Shown: positions 37,601 to 48,650, counted from the whole stretch's first letter. The stretch is 63,865 bases of DNA, filler included, from Octopus bimaculoides (GCF_001194135.2; 6 parts of 5 records of this genome joined end to end with filler, not necessarily neighbours in it), one strand, 5' to 3'. Notes: generated from the letters alone by a model not told the origin. Made by a program: numbers and translations.

Positions 37601-40167
37601 TGGTTTGAATATAAAACAGATGTAAGAGGCTGGATCTAGCTGGTTTGAACATAAAAGAAGTAGAATATGTGGGCTGAATATGACTGATTTAAATGTTAAA
37701 GGGCTAAGGCTGGTACTTATTCTACCAATTTCTGATGCCAAACTGTTGTTATGAGGACATAAACAAACTAACAGCAGTTTTCAAGTGGGGAGGTGACACA
37801 AACAAGAACACTAATACACATACACATACACACACAACAGGCTTCCACAGTTTCCATTTATCAAATTCACTCACAAGGCATAGATCAGCCCAAGGCTATG
37901 ATAGAAAACAAGTGCTGTTCAGTAGGACTGAACCTATAGTTGCAAAGATGAGTATATATATATATATATATNNNNNNNNNNNNNNNNTATATATTAGGTT
38001 GGTGCATAATTATTGCAGCTTTTTTTTAATAAATTTTATTCAACAAAAACAATAACAACATTTAACAAAAACATCTTTAAATAATTCTTCCGGAGCATAT
38101 TCACCATCTACTTCAATTACTGCTTCCCATTTGCTTGGCAGCCAGTCAGAATAATCATTTAAAGATGTTTTTGCTAAATGTTGTTATTGTTTTTGTTGAA
38201 TAAAATTTATTGAAGAAAAACCACAATAATTATGAACCAATGCCTGTGCAACACATTTTTCAAGACATTCAAGTACTAATACAGATTTTCTAAAACCTAA
38301 ATCGATGATGGACCTAGACAACTCTTACTGAACACAGTTTGAGAATCACTGTAGTGTTAAAATATAAAACCAACCCAATAACAAAGAAAGAAAAAGGTGG
38401 AAAGTAAAAGAAGGAAGGAAAACTGGAGGAAAGAGGAAGAATTACCTTTCAGTTGAAATATCAGTTCTCTTTCTTCTTCCAACTGTTTCTTTAAAATATT
38501 GACCTCTGGATGAGCATTGTCAATTGTGTCAGCATCTGTTGAGTTCTTAACAATTGGTTGATGTGCTCTAGACTGCAACAGACATTTATATATACATACA
38601 TAAATATACATATGTAATTAATGAGAGAGACAGAATATGCCAGATGGGTCGAAATGATTGCAGTGATCAATAAAGATTCTTGTATTTTCCATCTTCCATC
38701 TCTCTCATTAATTACATACCCAATGAACACTAAGCCAGTGAATGTGCTTTGCCGGCAAACTACCAGTTGTAAGACTTTGGTATTTGCTGCTAAGACTAGC
38801 AAAAACTAAAGTCTAAGTAGGAATGCAGACAAATCACAAATCCCTTCAGGTAGATAAGAGGTGGAGCAATATCAGAGGAAGGTTAACAGGGAAAATAGTC
38901 TTCATGTGTGGCAGATGCACAGGTACAATAAACACTAGAAATATACAGGAAATAGACTCCATGAAATGCCAGTGAGGATACCAAGAAGTAGTTGATAGCT
39001 TTCATTATCTAGGTGAGCAAGTCAACAGTGGAGGTGGATGTTCCAAGAGTATTGTTGCAAGAATAAGAATAGGCTGGGCAAAGTTCAGAGAGTTTCTACC
39101 TTTGTTGACAACAAAGGGCCTTTCTCTCAAAGTGAAAGGCAGACTGTATGATGCCTGTGTACAAACAGCCATGCTACATGAGAGTGAAACATGGGCTGTG
39201 ACTGCAGAGGATATGCAAAGGCTTGAAAGCAATGAAGCTAGCATGCTCCACTGGATGTGCAATGTCAGTATGTATGTATAACAGAGTGTAAGCATCTTGA
39301 GAAAAAAATTGGGCATACGAGGCATCAGATGTGGTGTGCAAGAGAGACGACTGTGCTGGTATGGCTATGTGATGCGTATGGATGAGGACAATTGCATAAA
39401 GAAGTGCTGATCTCTAACTGTGGAGGGAACCTGGTGAAAAGGTAGACCCAGGAAGACATGGGATGAGGTAGTGAAGCATGATCTTCAAATGTGGTGTCTC
39501 ACGGAGGCAATGACAAGTGAGTGTGACCTTTGGAGATTTGCAATGCTTGAGAAGACTAGTCAAGCCAAGTGAAATCAAAAGCTGATGACATGTAACAGCA
39601 TTTGTGCTTGTGACACATAAAAGCTCCAGTGACATGTAAAAGCACCAGTGCAGTGACAAATAAAATCACCCATGCCAGTGACATGTAAAAGGCACTCACT
39701 ACACTCTCAGAGTGGTTGGCATTGGGAAGGGTATCCAGCTGTAGAAACCAAGCCAAAATCAGACTGGAATTGATGCAGTTCTTTGGTTGACCAGTTCCAG
39801 TCAAACCATCTAACCCATGCAAGCATGGAAAGTGGACATGAAATGATGATGATGATGATGATGATGATATATATTGTTTTCATGAAGCATTGTCTCATAT
39901 ATACATTTAAATTCTTTTTTTAAGCCAAAACAATGCAAGTTCAAAAGTTTAAAATACAGGCTGATGGGAGAGAAGGAAGGAGAGAGGGAGGGATATACAC
40001 ACATACATCTTCATCATCATCCTCACTATCAACATTGTTTAACACTCACTTTTCCATGCTTTTTCCATGCTACTGATGCAGATTTTCCATGGCTGGATTC
40101 CTTTCCTAATGTTAACTACCTTAAATGTTCTAGGTGCTTTTTTTACATTCTGTAAAGCGATTAGCAT

Positions 40168-40235
<68 letters not shown>

Positions 40236-43200
40236 ACACACACATCTATATTTTGGCAGTCATCTTTGTCAATAAATAATAAATTCATTGATTGCAGTGT
40301 TTATTCACTATTAAGTTTATAATTGTTATTTTACTTTAAAGCATTAACATCTTTTATCATAATCTTTTGAATTCACTGATCTCTATATGTATGTGCATGG
40401 ATGTGTGTGTGTATTTTTATATTTAGAGAATGTATTATTAAATCAATAACATGTTTCCAAGCCTATATTCAGATAGATATTAATATAGATTAATACAATG
40501 ATCTTCATTTAAAAGAAAAGCATCTATTGCCAGATGCTTTCTCAATTCATTAATCTTTAAAATTTCTCATAAATGATATAATATACAGAATAAATTTCAG
40601 ATGATATGTATTTTTTTCTTACATCATTAAGATATTTTGAAAGTTGTTCTGAACTTTTTTCTATATTCTTTGCTGATTCCATCTTAGATTTCACCGGTGC
40701 AACTTGGTTTGTTCCTGAAACAAAATACAAACTCATGTTTAATTTGTCGTCTTAATTTATGCTTCAGAAGAGCTTTCATACACTGAACTTAATTTAAATC
40801 TGTGACCTCATCTTTGATATTGATATAGTGACAACATTTTAACCTGTTAACTCTTTTACTTTCCCCATCTAACAACCTGAGAAACTGCTCACTACAAGTT
40901 GAAGACAATGATCAGTGTTGTATTGATCCAAATGATTTATTTGAACAAATGTTGAATGCTTGTGTCTGTGGCACACTGGATCAGGTTATATAATGGTGGT
41001 AGTTAGGTATTCTACTCATAATAACGTTACATTCAGAAGAAATCTGATCTGAGAATGGTACAAGTGCTAGTCAATGCAAACAAATATCCAAAAAAGGTTC
41101 ATTAAACCCACACAAATTATGCTGTCAAATATGCTGAACAAATCAAAAGACAAGAAAAAGAAAATAAATAAATGAATAAATGAAAGAATAACAGAAATAA
41201 AGAAGAAAACATGAAAGAATAAATTCAACCCAAGTCTCACCAGATGTCTTGCTTACTGCAGCAGATTTATTAGAATTAACTGAAGTTTTTGTCATGGATC
41301 GATGAACTGAAACTGTCTTCCATCCATAACCTGAACTAGGTACATTACTGTATTTGTTGGTCTTCTTTGACACATTGGCTGAAACAAATGTTAAATGTTA
41401 TTTAAATGAGAATGGTTATGTAAGGCAAACAGAGGGATAATGTAAGGTACATTTAATGAAATGTTTAGTAAATATAGTTGCATTTAAGGTAAGCTCAGTG
41501 CTAATAATAGATCTCGGTCGCAATTTACAGCCATGAATTTGCAATAGTTTGATCAATTGTGTTATCAACTCATTGAATTAGGGTGAAAGTGGTTGGGTAT
41601 TCCATAGACACATATAACCTTAATCATTGAACAGATCCAGCATAACACAGAATGTGACAAGGCTGCACCTTTCAATTACACATACAATTCGTTCATATAG
41701 CTTCCACATGGTTTCTATTTACCCAATTTTACCCACAAGGCTCCAGTCAAACCCAAGATTGTAGTAAAAGACATTTTCCCAAGATCTCATGTAGTGAAAA
41801 TGAACCCAAATTTTCATGATTGCAAAGAGGATCTCTTAACCATTTAGCCATATGACATCTACATAATCACAGTGCAATCTGTGACAAATAAGGTGATATA
41901 TGAAATAAGTGCGATATCATGATGATGTAATTTTAGTGAAATGTAATTTAAATAAAGAATGAAATAAGGATTTAAATAAGGAATAAACAGCATTATGTGA
42001 GATGAATTTTTATGAAAACTGAGGTAAATGTAGTTACATATAAGGTATATAAAAGCAACTGATAGTTATAACTTACTTGTTTTACTAAGATCAGTCACAA
42101 GAAGACTGGATTGCTCAGAGGTAGCAATCTCAATATTTTGGGGTTCCTTCAATACAAAGAAGAAAATAAAAACAGCTTACATATTAAAAGTATCTTAAAA
42201 CATTTTTAAGAACATTTTAAGTAAAACTTTTTTTTACCCAACATTACATTTGACTTTTTTACCAACCTCTTCTCTTCTAAGGATTGAATGCTGGAGCTGG
42301 TAGCTTCCAATTCAGTCTCCTCCTGCCTCCCATTCATCATCATCGATTAACGTCCGCTTTCCATGCTAGCATGGGTTGGACGATTTGACTGAGGACTGGT
42401 GAAACCAGATGGCTACACCAGGCTCCAATCTGATTTGGCAGAGTTTCTACAGCTGGATGCCCTTCCTAATGCCAACCACTCCGAGAATGTAGTGGGTGCT
42501 TTTACATGCCACCGGCACAAAGGCCAGTCAGGCGGTACTGGCAACGGCCACACTCAAAATGGTGTATTTTATGTGCCACCTGCACAAGAGCCAGTCCAGG
42601 GGCACTGTGAATACAGCCCCAAGATACATAAACTTCTCCACTTGCTTCAATGATGTTCCACCAACATGCAGAATGCACTGGGAAGACTTTCTTGAGAGAA
42701 CTCATGTCTCAGTTTTCATAATACTTATTCACATGCCTTCCTTGCAGCACTCAGCAGCAAATCCATTCAGTGCATGCTGGAGATGACCTTCTGACAAGCC
42801 AAGTAGTAGCATGTCATCTGCAAAAGTCAGCTGACTCATTCTACACCCACCAACTGCACTTCCACAACAGCTGCACATGTCAATCCTGTTCATAAAAATT
42901 TGTAGGCCTCAAAATGGACATTTCACTGCATGTCACAGGACCTGCTGTGGACAGTTGTGCAAGAGTTTGAGATTAACGGATAACTTCTGGCTGCCATGAA
43001 GTTTCTATGCAAATGCCCAAATGTCTGTATTCAGGTAAATGGTGAAAATTTAAATCTTTCAATGTGGGAATCAGACTCCAGTAGGGATACATATTATCAC
43101 CTCTCCTTTCCATAATTTTTATGAACTAGGTTGATAAGTGTGTGTGTGTGTGTGTGTGCGCGCACACGTGTTTATGTGTGTGTGTGTGTGCGTGCGTGTA

Positions 43201-46200
43201 TGTATGTGTGTGTGCATGTGTGCGATCATCTTCATCATCATTATCATCATCTTTTCATGTCCATCTTCCACGCTGGTTTAAGTTGAACAATTTCGATTAA
43301 CACAATCACCTGGTCTTTGGAGTGCTTTTACCAAAGGTTGCTCTGTTGTAAGCATTTACTGACCAGGCCCCTAGCCAGTAAATAACTCATATCTTGGGTT
43401 TCTCTGCATCCTACTGCAGTGACCTATAGGTTGTGGTTTCTTCCACCCGTTCTCCACCCCACCCCATTTCCAGTATCAGAAGTCCTGTAAAAGGCCATGG
43501 GCATTGCCTTTCTTCCTCCTCAAAGCATATATGTAAAGAAAACCAAAAGATGGGTTGTTATACATTAATGTTTAAAATAGCTGAGAAAAACGGTTACTCA
43601 CAAATGATGCTGACACTGACGAAGCTGGTTCATTGTTGATGACAACAGGACTGAGATCAAAACCATAAATGTCTCCTACAGAATTCTCTGCTGATGATTT
43701 GGCTGAGGAATACAACAGAGACCAAAAATCTTTGAAACACAAACTATTGACTTAACAACATTTTTGTTAAATTCTATATTAGAGATGAACCCAGCCAAGC
43801 TACCAACTGAAATGTCTGATGATGCTCAAAGAAGCATCTCTGCTAGATAATTTTCATCTAAAATTTTAATGATATTCTTCTGTGTTTTTTATACATCTAT
43901 ATAAGAAACTTTATCAAGACAAATACCACAGCTGTATGATTTTCTAATGTGTATGTATGTTAAGTAAGACATACAGAATGCTATTTTGAAATAATACTGC
44001 TTCTGTCACTTAGAATAAATTTTTATCTGGCCTACCAACTACTTGTGACACCAGTGGTTTGTTAATCATTGTTTTTCTGTATCATTAGAGGTTAAATTGA
44101 TCAAAGTATGTGGTTGCTAGTGGATGCTTGCTACTGATAATGTGCATATACACAGAAATTCAGATTTAGCTGGGGTACCACCTTGAAATATTCAACAATT
44201 CAACCCCAGTACATATTTTCTTAAGTCTGGTACTTATTTCACAGGTTTCTTTTGCTGAACTAGTAAGTTACAGGGATGTAAACAAACTAACACAGTTATC
44301 AAGCAGTGAGAAAGAGACAGACACAAACATAAAGGTACATACACACATACGTACGTATGTACATACATACATACATACATATATGACAGGCTTCTTTCTG
44401 TTCTTGTCCACTAAATCCACTCATAAGACTTTAGTAGGCCCATGGCTATAGTAGAAGACACTTGTCTAAGGAACCACACAGTGGGACTAAATCCAAAATC
44501 ATGTGGTTCGGAAGGAAACTTCTTCCACATAGCCTGAATCATTCTGATACGTTTTTTTTTCTTTTATTCATCCACTATATCTTTTTGATCTTTTTCAACA
44601 TTGAAGTGAAGTAAAACTGTAGACCAAGACAATAGTCAAACCACTGAATTGTAAAATTTAAACCTGCTATTGCAAATAGCACACTGGGAGCACACTGCAG
44701 GCTAAGACTTACACTAATAAACTTTCACACTTGTTCTCTAAAGAATTATATGCGTTTAAAACACTAAAAGAATATGAAAATACTGAAAGAGAAATTTACC
44801 ATTTGATTTTCTCTGATTTAATTCTGTTTTCTCTGATTCTTTCACTAGACTTTCATATGTATTGTTTTCTTTGGCCTCTGATAAAACAAACACAAATTAT
44901 TAATTTAAAGAATGACGTCCCCAATTATTAGCCACAAGATTATCTACAGAATAAAAATGTGCAAATAAAATAACTCATATACTTTGTAGACTAAAATTAA
45001 ATTCATTATGCAAAAACAGGAATACCTCAACTTAAACTTTTGACTGGTTCCAAAACATGACTTAACTCAATAATTGTGTAACACAAAAAAATCATTTTAA
45101 GAATTTTATTAGCTTATATCTTTTTTGATAAATAATTTTATTAGCTTATATCTTTTTTAATAAATGGTTTAAGAATTTTATTAGCTTATATCTTTTTTAA
45201 TAAATGGTTTAAGAATTTTATTAGCTTATATCTTTTTTAATAAATGGTTTAAGAATTTTATTAGCTTATATCTTTTTTAATAAATGGTTTAAGAATTTTA
45301 TTAGCTTATATCTTTTTTAATAAATGGTTTAAGAATTTTATTAGCTTATATCTTTTTTAATAAATGGTTTAAGAATTTTATTAGCTTATATCTTTTTTAA
45401 TAAATAATTTTATTAGCTTATATCTTTTTTAATAAATAATTTTATTAGCTTATATCTTTTTTAATAAATAATTTTATTAGCTTATAACTTTTTTAATAAA
45501 TAATTTTATTAGCTTATATCTTTTTTAATAAATGCTTGTAACTTTTTTAAATGATGGTTTGTACATATTTTCATGTGTATTTTATTTGATTTTCCACTTC
45601 AGTATTGATTTTCAGGTGCTTTTTTATTTTTATATTTTTATGCTTTTAAACATTTTCACTAAGCCCTTCATAAAGCCAGTTAAGTCAACTGAAGTTGAGG
45701 TTTATTTGATGTTAAGTCAAAAGTGACATAACTCAAAACAACATTAAATTGAGGCATACCTGTGTGTACGGTTTGTGTCAGGGTGCATGACTTAGTGGTT
45801 AGGGTATTTGGATAACGATCGTAAGATGATGAGTTCGATAACCGGCAGCATGTCGTGTCCTTGAGCAAGACATTTTATTTCACATTGCTCCAGTTCACTC
45901 AGCTGGCAAATATGAGTAATACCTGTATTTCAAAGGGCCAGCCTTATCATATCCTGCATCACACTGAATCTCTTTGAGAACTACATTAAAGGTACACATG
46001 TCTGTGGAGTGCTCAGTCACTTGTATGTTAATTTCACGAGCAGGTTGTTTCGTTCATAGGATCAACTGGAACCCTCATCATCATAACTGACAGAGTGCCA
46101 GAATATGTGTTATTTTTGTTTTTTTGTTTAGCAAAAAAACAAAATTATATTCTAATATAATGCTTAAATATCAATTCTGAGAAGGCTTAATGGCATTTCA

Positions 46201-46796
46201 TCTGTCTCTATGTTCTGAGTTCAAATTCTGCCAAAGTCCAGTGGAACACTGGGGTCAATGTGATTGACTTGCCCCCAACTCTGAAATTGCTGGCGTTAAG
46301 CCAAAATTTGAAATCAATATTGATGATGACAATTTTTAAATGAGGTACAAAACCACAAATTTGTGGTTGGGGTATAGCACACTAAACTAACCAAGTATTT
46401 TACTGGTACTTTCTTTTATATAAATCACAAGATGAAAGGTAAAGTCTACCCCCATGATAAAGACAAGAATGTCCTACACTCTCATTCCTCTTCCATATAA
46501 AATGTAGGCCGTATGACTAAGAATAAAATCAATATAATTCTAATACTTACCAGTACTGAGAGTAGCATTTGGAATATATTCTTTAATATTATTATTAAGA
46601 TGTGCATCACTAGAAAACTGAACAGAATCATCCACAAGATAGTGTGGCTGCTTTGCTTCCTCAACAACCAAATTATTTGGTGGAAGTATTTCATTAGCTG
46701 GAAGAGTTGATGACAAATTAATGTTGTGTAGAGCATTATGAAGCTCTTTGATTTCTTCATTAGTGACCGTTCCCTGAAATACTGAACAAATATGAA

Positions 46797-46892
<96 letters not shown>

Positions 46893-46939
46893 GACCTTTA
46901 CAGAGAGGAATCGCTCAGCCAGCTTCACAATCCCCTCTT
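25237..46939 (-). CDS. CEP162: CEP162-like centrosomal coiled-coil protein, partial (13 internal exons; 5' and 3' exons not found)
   Basis: Exons 46896-46939, 46551-46773, 43602-43729, 42077-42146, 41241-41378, 40623-40714, 38446-38572, 36973-37085, 34793-35001, 31910-32108, 28967-29116, 25870-26031, 25237-25320 splice (GT-AG, matching phases) into one open frame. Motifs GFDLSPV, YSNVPSSGYG, LRKANYILVSK, AYDAENKRLYN..EERMFSENQKL, LHWYTYNQQLLD and QKRIQNLEHQ occur in the same order as remembered human CEP162 motifs GFDLQPV, YASVRSSGYG, NYILQAK, GYQQENERLYN..EERMFKENQSL, LQWYAENQELLD and AKKIQDLERQ. Confidence 0.88.
25870..26031 (-). CDS. CEP162: CEP162-like exon (AVESKFF...LHWYTYNQQLLD...KLSSE), phase 0-0
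   Basis: Acceptor tttaattgcag, donor GAG|gtatgt; WY-x-x-NQ-x-LLD motif. Confidence 0.9.
26312..26455 (+). repeat. Pure (GAA)48 tract
   Basis: Counted directly. Confidence 0.97.
27092..27131 (+). ncRNA. Minimal type I hammerhead ribozyme motif, canonical core
   Basis: CCA-CTGATGA-G-GTCAC(AGAAGT)GTGAC-GAAA-G(AA)CT-C|TGG. Stem I CCA/TGG, stem II 5 bp, stem III 2 bp, cleavage triplet CUC (cut after 27128). Confidence 0.72.
28967..29116 (-). CDS. CEP162: CEP162-like exon (LEINHWKQQC...KKAKDDEMK), phase 0-0
   Basis: Acceptor ttttcttacag, donor AAG|gtaaaa; 50 codons, coiled-coil-like. Confidence 0.88.
29700..30060 (-). mobile_element. Highly degraded LINE (RTE/L2-like) C-terminal fragment
   Basis: LRKIW and YRSELW segments resemble LRKIW..YGSETW. 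Confidence 0.35.
30327..30526 (-). pseudogene. Duplicated CEP162 exon fragment (copy of 28896-29097) with donor and intron flank
   Basis: Near-identical to 28896-29097, lacks the native acceptor, and GAA CAG has become AAA TAG (in-frame stop). Confidence 0.9.
30527..31650 (+). mobile_element. 5'-truncated Penelope-like retroelement (RT fragment + pseudo-LTR)
   Basis: IKPANKGGAVVV*, YKAEALRQLQD, TELISRYLD, SHIHDT, LFTLDIQSLYTVIPH; 31500-31650 is homologous to the pLTR at 58745-58910. Confidence 0.85.
31910..32108 (-). CDS. CEP162: CEP162-like exon (NQMNLKQ..PLPPPSP..NNNNN..AEKNQ), phase 2-0
   Basis: Acceptor ttttgatttag, donor gtgagt; the phase-2 start matches the preceding exon. Confidence 0.85.
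33098..33500. repeat. Degenerate 26-bp minisatellite interrupted by a SINE tail
   Basis: ACCTATGRYCAAGGAAGATATGWCAC-like units start at 33125, 33151, 33177 and 33203. Confidence 0.7.
34793..35001 (-). CDS. CEP162: CEP162-like exon (VSGDNG...AYDAENKRLY...RELNSL), phase 0-2
   Basis: Acceptor cctatacag, donor gttagt; the best-matching coiled-coil block. Confidence 0.9.
35400..35830 (+). mobile_element. SINE with RTE-like 3' tail and (GAT)n end (family D). Other copies about 24700-24980(-), 33300-33438(+), 42335-42610(-), 48790-49015(+), 49471-49685(-)
   Basis: GGAAGGGCATCCAGC.GTAGAAAC..TCCAACCCATGC.AG.ATGGAAAGC..(GAT)n, matching the 3' UTR of the LINE at 38860. Confidence 0.88.
36973..37085 (-). 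CDS. CEP162: CEP162-like exon (KIAGNENKY...LRKANYILVSK), phase 1-0
   Basis: Acceptor tttcatttcag, donor gtgaga; NYIL motif. Confidence 0.88.
37310..37440 (+). mobile_element. Short RTE reverse-transcriptase fragment
   Basis: SLYEEVNTRARVGSELSEEFVVKVGMHQ then (frameshift) LSPLLFAIVV. Confidence 0.75.
37994..38240. mobile_element. Non-autonomous mariner deletion derivative with ~90-bp inverted arms
   Basis: TA|TTAGGTTGGTGCA end; the loop encodes the transposase C-terminus LPSKWEAVIEVDGEY on the minus strand. Confidence 0.8.
38446..38572 (-). CDS. CEP162: CEP162-like exon (SRAHQP...KKQLEEERELIFQLK), phase 0-1
   Basis: Acceptor tctgttgcag, donor G|gtaatt. Confidence 0.87.
38860..39870 (+). mobile_element. 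RTE-clade LINE 3' portion with (GAT)n tail
   Basis: VDSFHYLG, RIRIGWAKFRE, KVKGRLYDACV..MLHESETW, RRLCWYGYVMRMDED, GRPRKTW; 3' UTR shared with the SINEs. Confidence 0.92.
40623..40714 (-). CDS. CEP162: CEP162-like exon (TNQVAPVKSKMES...KYLND), phase 1-0
   Basis: Acceptor ttttgtttcag, donor gtaaga; only the phase-1 frame is open. Confidence 0.85.
41241..41378 (-). CDS. CEP162: CEP162-like exon (NVSKKTNKYSNVPSSGYG...SKTS), phase 1-1
   Basis: Acceptor tttgtttcag, donor G|gtgaga; SSGYG motif. Confidence 0.85.
42077..42146 (-). CDS. CEP162: CEP162-like exon (EPQNIEIATSEQSSLLVTDLSKT), phase 0-1
   Basis: Acceptor ctttgtattgaag, donor gtaagt; only one frame is open. Confidence 0.85.
42605..43140. 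mobile_element. RTE RT fragment with internal inversion (minus arm 42605-42900, plus arm 42905-43140)
   Basis: Minus: IFMNRID..LTFADDMLLL..VEKFMYLG. Plus: DLLWTVV..LSPLLSIIFMN. Confidence 0.8.
43602..43729 (-). CDS. CEP162: CEP162-like exon (DFWSLLY...GFDLSPV...SASF), phase 1-0
   Basis: Acceptor tgtttcaaag, donor gtgagt; contains GFDLSPV; an in-frame TAA just upstream fixes the acceptor position. Confidence 0.82.
45017..45762. mobile_element. Pogo/Tigger-like MITE containing a minisatellite
   Basis: Ends CAGGAATACCTCAACTTAA and (reverse complement) CAGGTATGCCTCAATTTAA match 16/19; TA target duplications not preserved. Confidence 0.45.
45099..45535. repeat. AT-rich minisatellite, about 12 units of 32 or 40 bp
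   Basis: Core AATTTTATTAGCTTATATCTTTTTTAATAAAT with or without GGTTTAAG. Confidence 0.95.
45781..46100 (+). mobile_element. tRNA-derived SINE, same head/core as 12058 but a different tail
   Basis: TGACTTAGTGGTTAGGG..GTTCGATAACC..TTGAGCAAGAC..TTGCTCCAGT. Confidence 0.75.
46551..46773 (-). CDS. CEP162: CEP162-like exon (GTVTNEEIKEL...NATLST), phase 0-1
   Basis: Acceptor gtatttcag, donor G|gtaagt, 223 nt open. Confidence 0.85.
46799..46890. repeat. (AT)46 filling a 122-nt CEP162 intron
   Basis: Counted directly. Confidence 0.95.
46896..46939 (-). CDS. CEP162: CEP162-like exon (EEGIVKLAERFLSVK), phase 1-0
   Basis: Acceptor cttttacttatttcag, weak donor AAG|gtccga; phase fits the next exon. Confidence 0.7.
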
Positions 46940-47989
46940 CTGAAATAAGTAAAAGAATAAAAGAATATATATGCATATAGTATACAGAAAGGATTATAAT
47001 ACAAGCTGTGTAATCATGAAGGATGTCTGTGTATTCTAGTTATCAGTTGTATCCATGTAATATGTAGATGTTTTATTTCAAATGAGAAAATCACACAAGT
47101 TGAAATTCATGCTCAAGTATATTATTATTAAAATGATACAATATATTCCAGTCTTTGTTTTAATATATATCCATGTGTGTAATATATATATATATATATA
47201 TATATATACAAAGAGGAGGAAATAGCATCACATAATGTGGCGGACAACCTACGGGACAACCTGTCGAGGGCCACCTTGCTTCACCCACATCGGTACCTAC
47301 CAAATCTACTCACAAGACTCTGGTCAGCCCGAGGCTATAGTAGAAGACACGTGCTCAAGGTGCCATGCAATGGGACTGAACCCAGAACCATGTGCTTAAG
47401 AAGCAAACTTCTTACCACACAACCATGCCTGTGCCTATGTATACAATACATCTATATATCTATCTATCTATGTATCTATTTATATATATATATATATATA
47501 TAAAGACATACACACAATTATATACTCATATACATGCATGTAAACAAATAAATAAAATAAAAGCTTGTATCTATATACATTGACATATATATAGGGAGTA
47601 AAAAAATAACGACATACAATATTCATACACAGACCCATATAGATATATAACCTGTTGTACAGATATTCATACATCATACACACATGCATGCACACACACA
47701 CACACATACACACATAATGCATGCACACACATAAGCACACACGTGCAGGTGCACACACACATGCACGCATGCACACACACACACGCACGCACACACACAC
47801 ACACACACACACACAACACACACACACACACACAACACACACACACACACATACATACATAGTAACTACTTTATGTATAAGAGCAAAACCGTTGCTAGAA
47901 AAAATCATTGAAATGAGTCATTGATGATCCAATGCAATGTGTTGTATGATTCTTGAGCCCAGCCAAAGATTTGCTCATTTTATCACATA

Positions 47990-48650
47990 ATGCACCGCTG
48001 TGCTGGCTGGCAGAGGGAACAGGTTCCACAGTATGAAGTCTTTTGACATGCTTTTTCAGTCCTCCAGCTGAAAGGCACACCTTTCCACAGGTTGCACATG
48101 TTCTGTTGTGAACAATAGGCGTCTCACAATTTATAAGGGATTGATTCCTGTGAGTTCTCTGTTAGCTGACCAAGCCTGCATGACTCAAGCATTTCCTCCC
48201 ACGAATCGCACACATAAAAAGCAACATTCCTTCATTTTCCACAGGTTCATTCTTTCTAAGCCTTCTCTTGATCTTCTCGTGCTTCATTCTCTCTTTTTCA
48301 AACTTCGAACAACCACTGTGCACTCTTTTCCTCCATCCATTTTGGTTTTGTGCCTCCCTCTCCCAATCAACAACTGAAACCCCTCTCTGCATCAGAGCAA
48401 TTCTAAGGCAGTCCTTGAACCTCATTTTGGGTTTGTGTGCTGGCCTTCTACCAATTTCCAGTGCACCACACAGCCATGCCTGCACTTCTACTCTTATGAA
48501 ACTTTCCCCTTCTCTTCTACCAATATACTGTCCATATCCTCTCATATAGTCATATTCTTGTATCCTGAAATGCTCTGGCATCTTGTCAACATCCTCTCTA
48601 CCTTCTTTCCAGTTACTCCCACTCTCGTTTATGCAATGTGGTGTAACCAA
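47990..48650 (-). mobile_element. RTE-like LINE 3' end with degenerate C-terminal C2H2 finger
   Basis: GALEIGRRPAHKPKMRFKDCL..WEREAQNQNGWRKRV..CAIRGRKCLSHAGLVS*QRTH. Confidence 0.75.
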
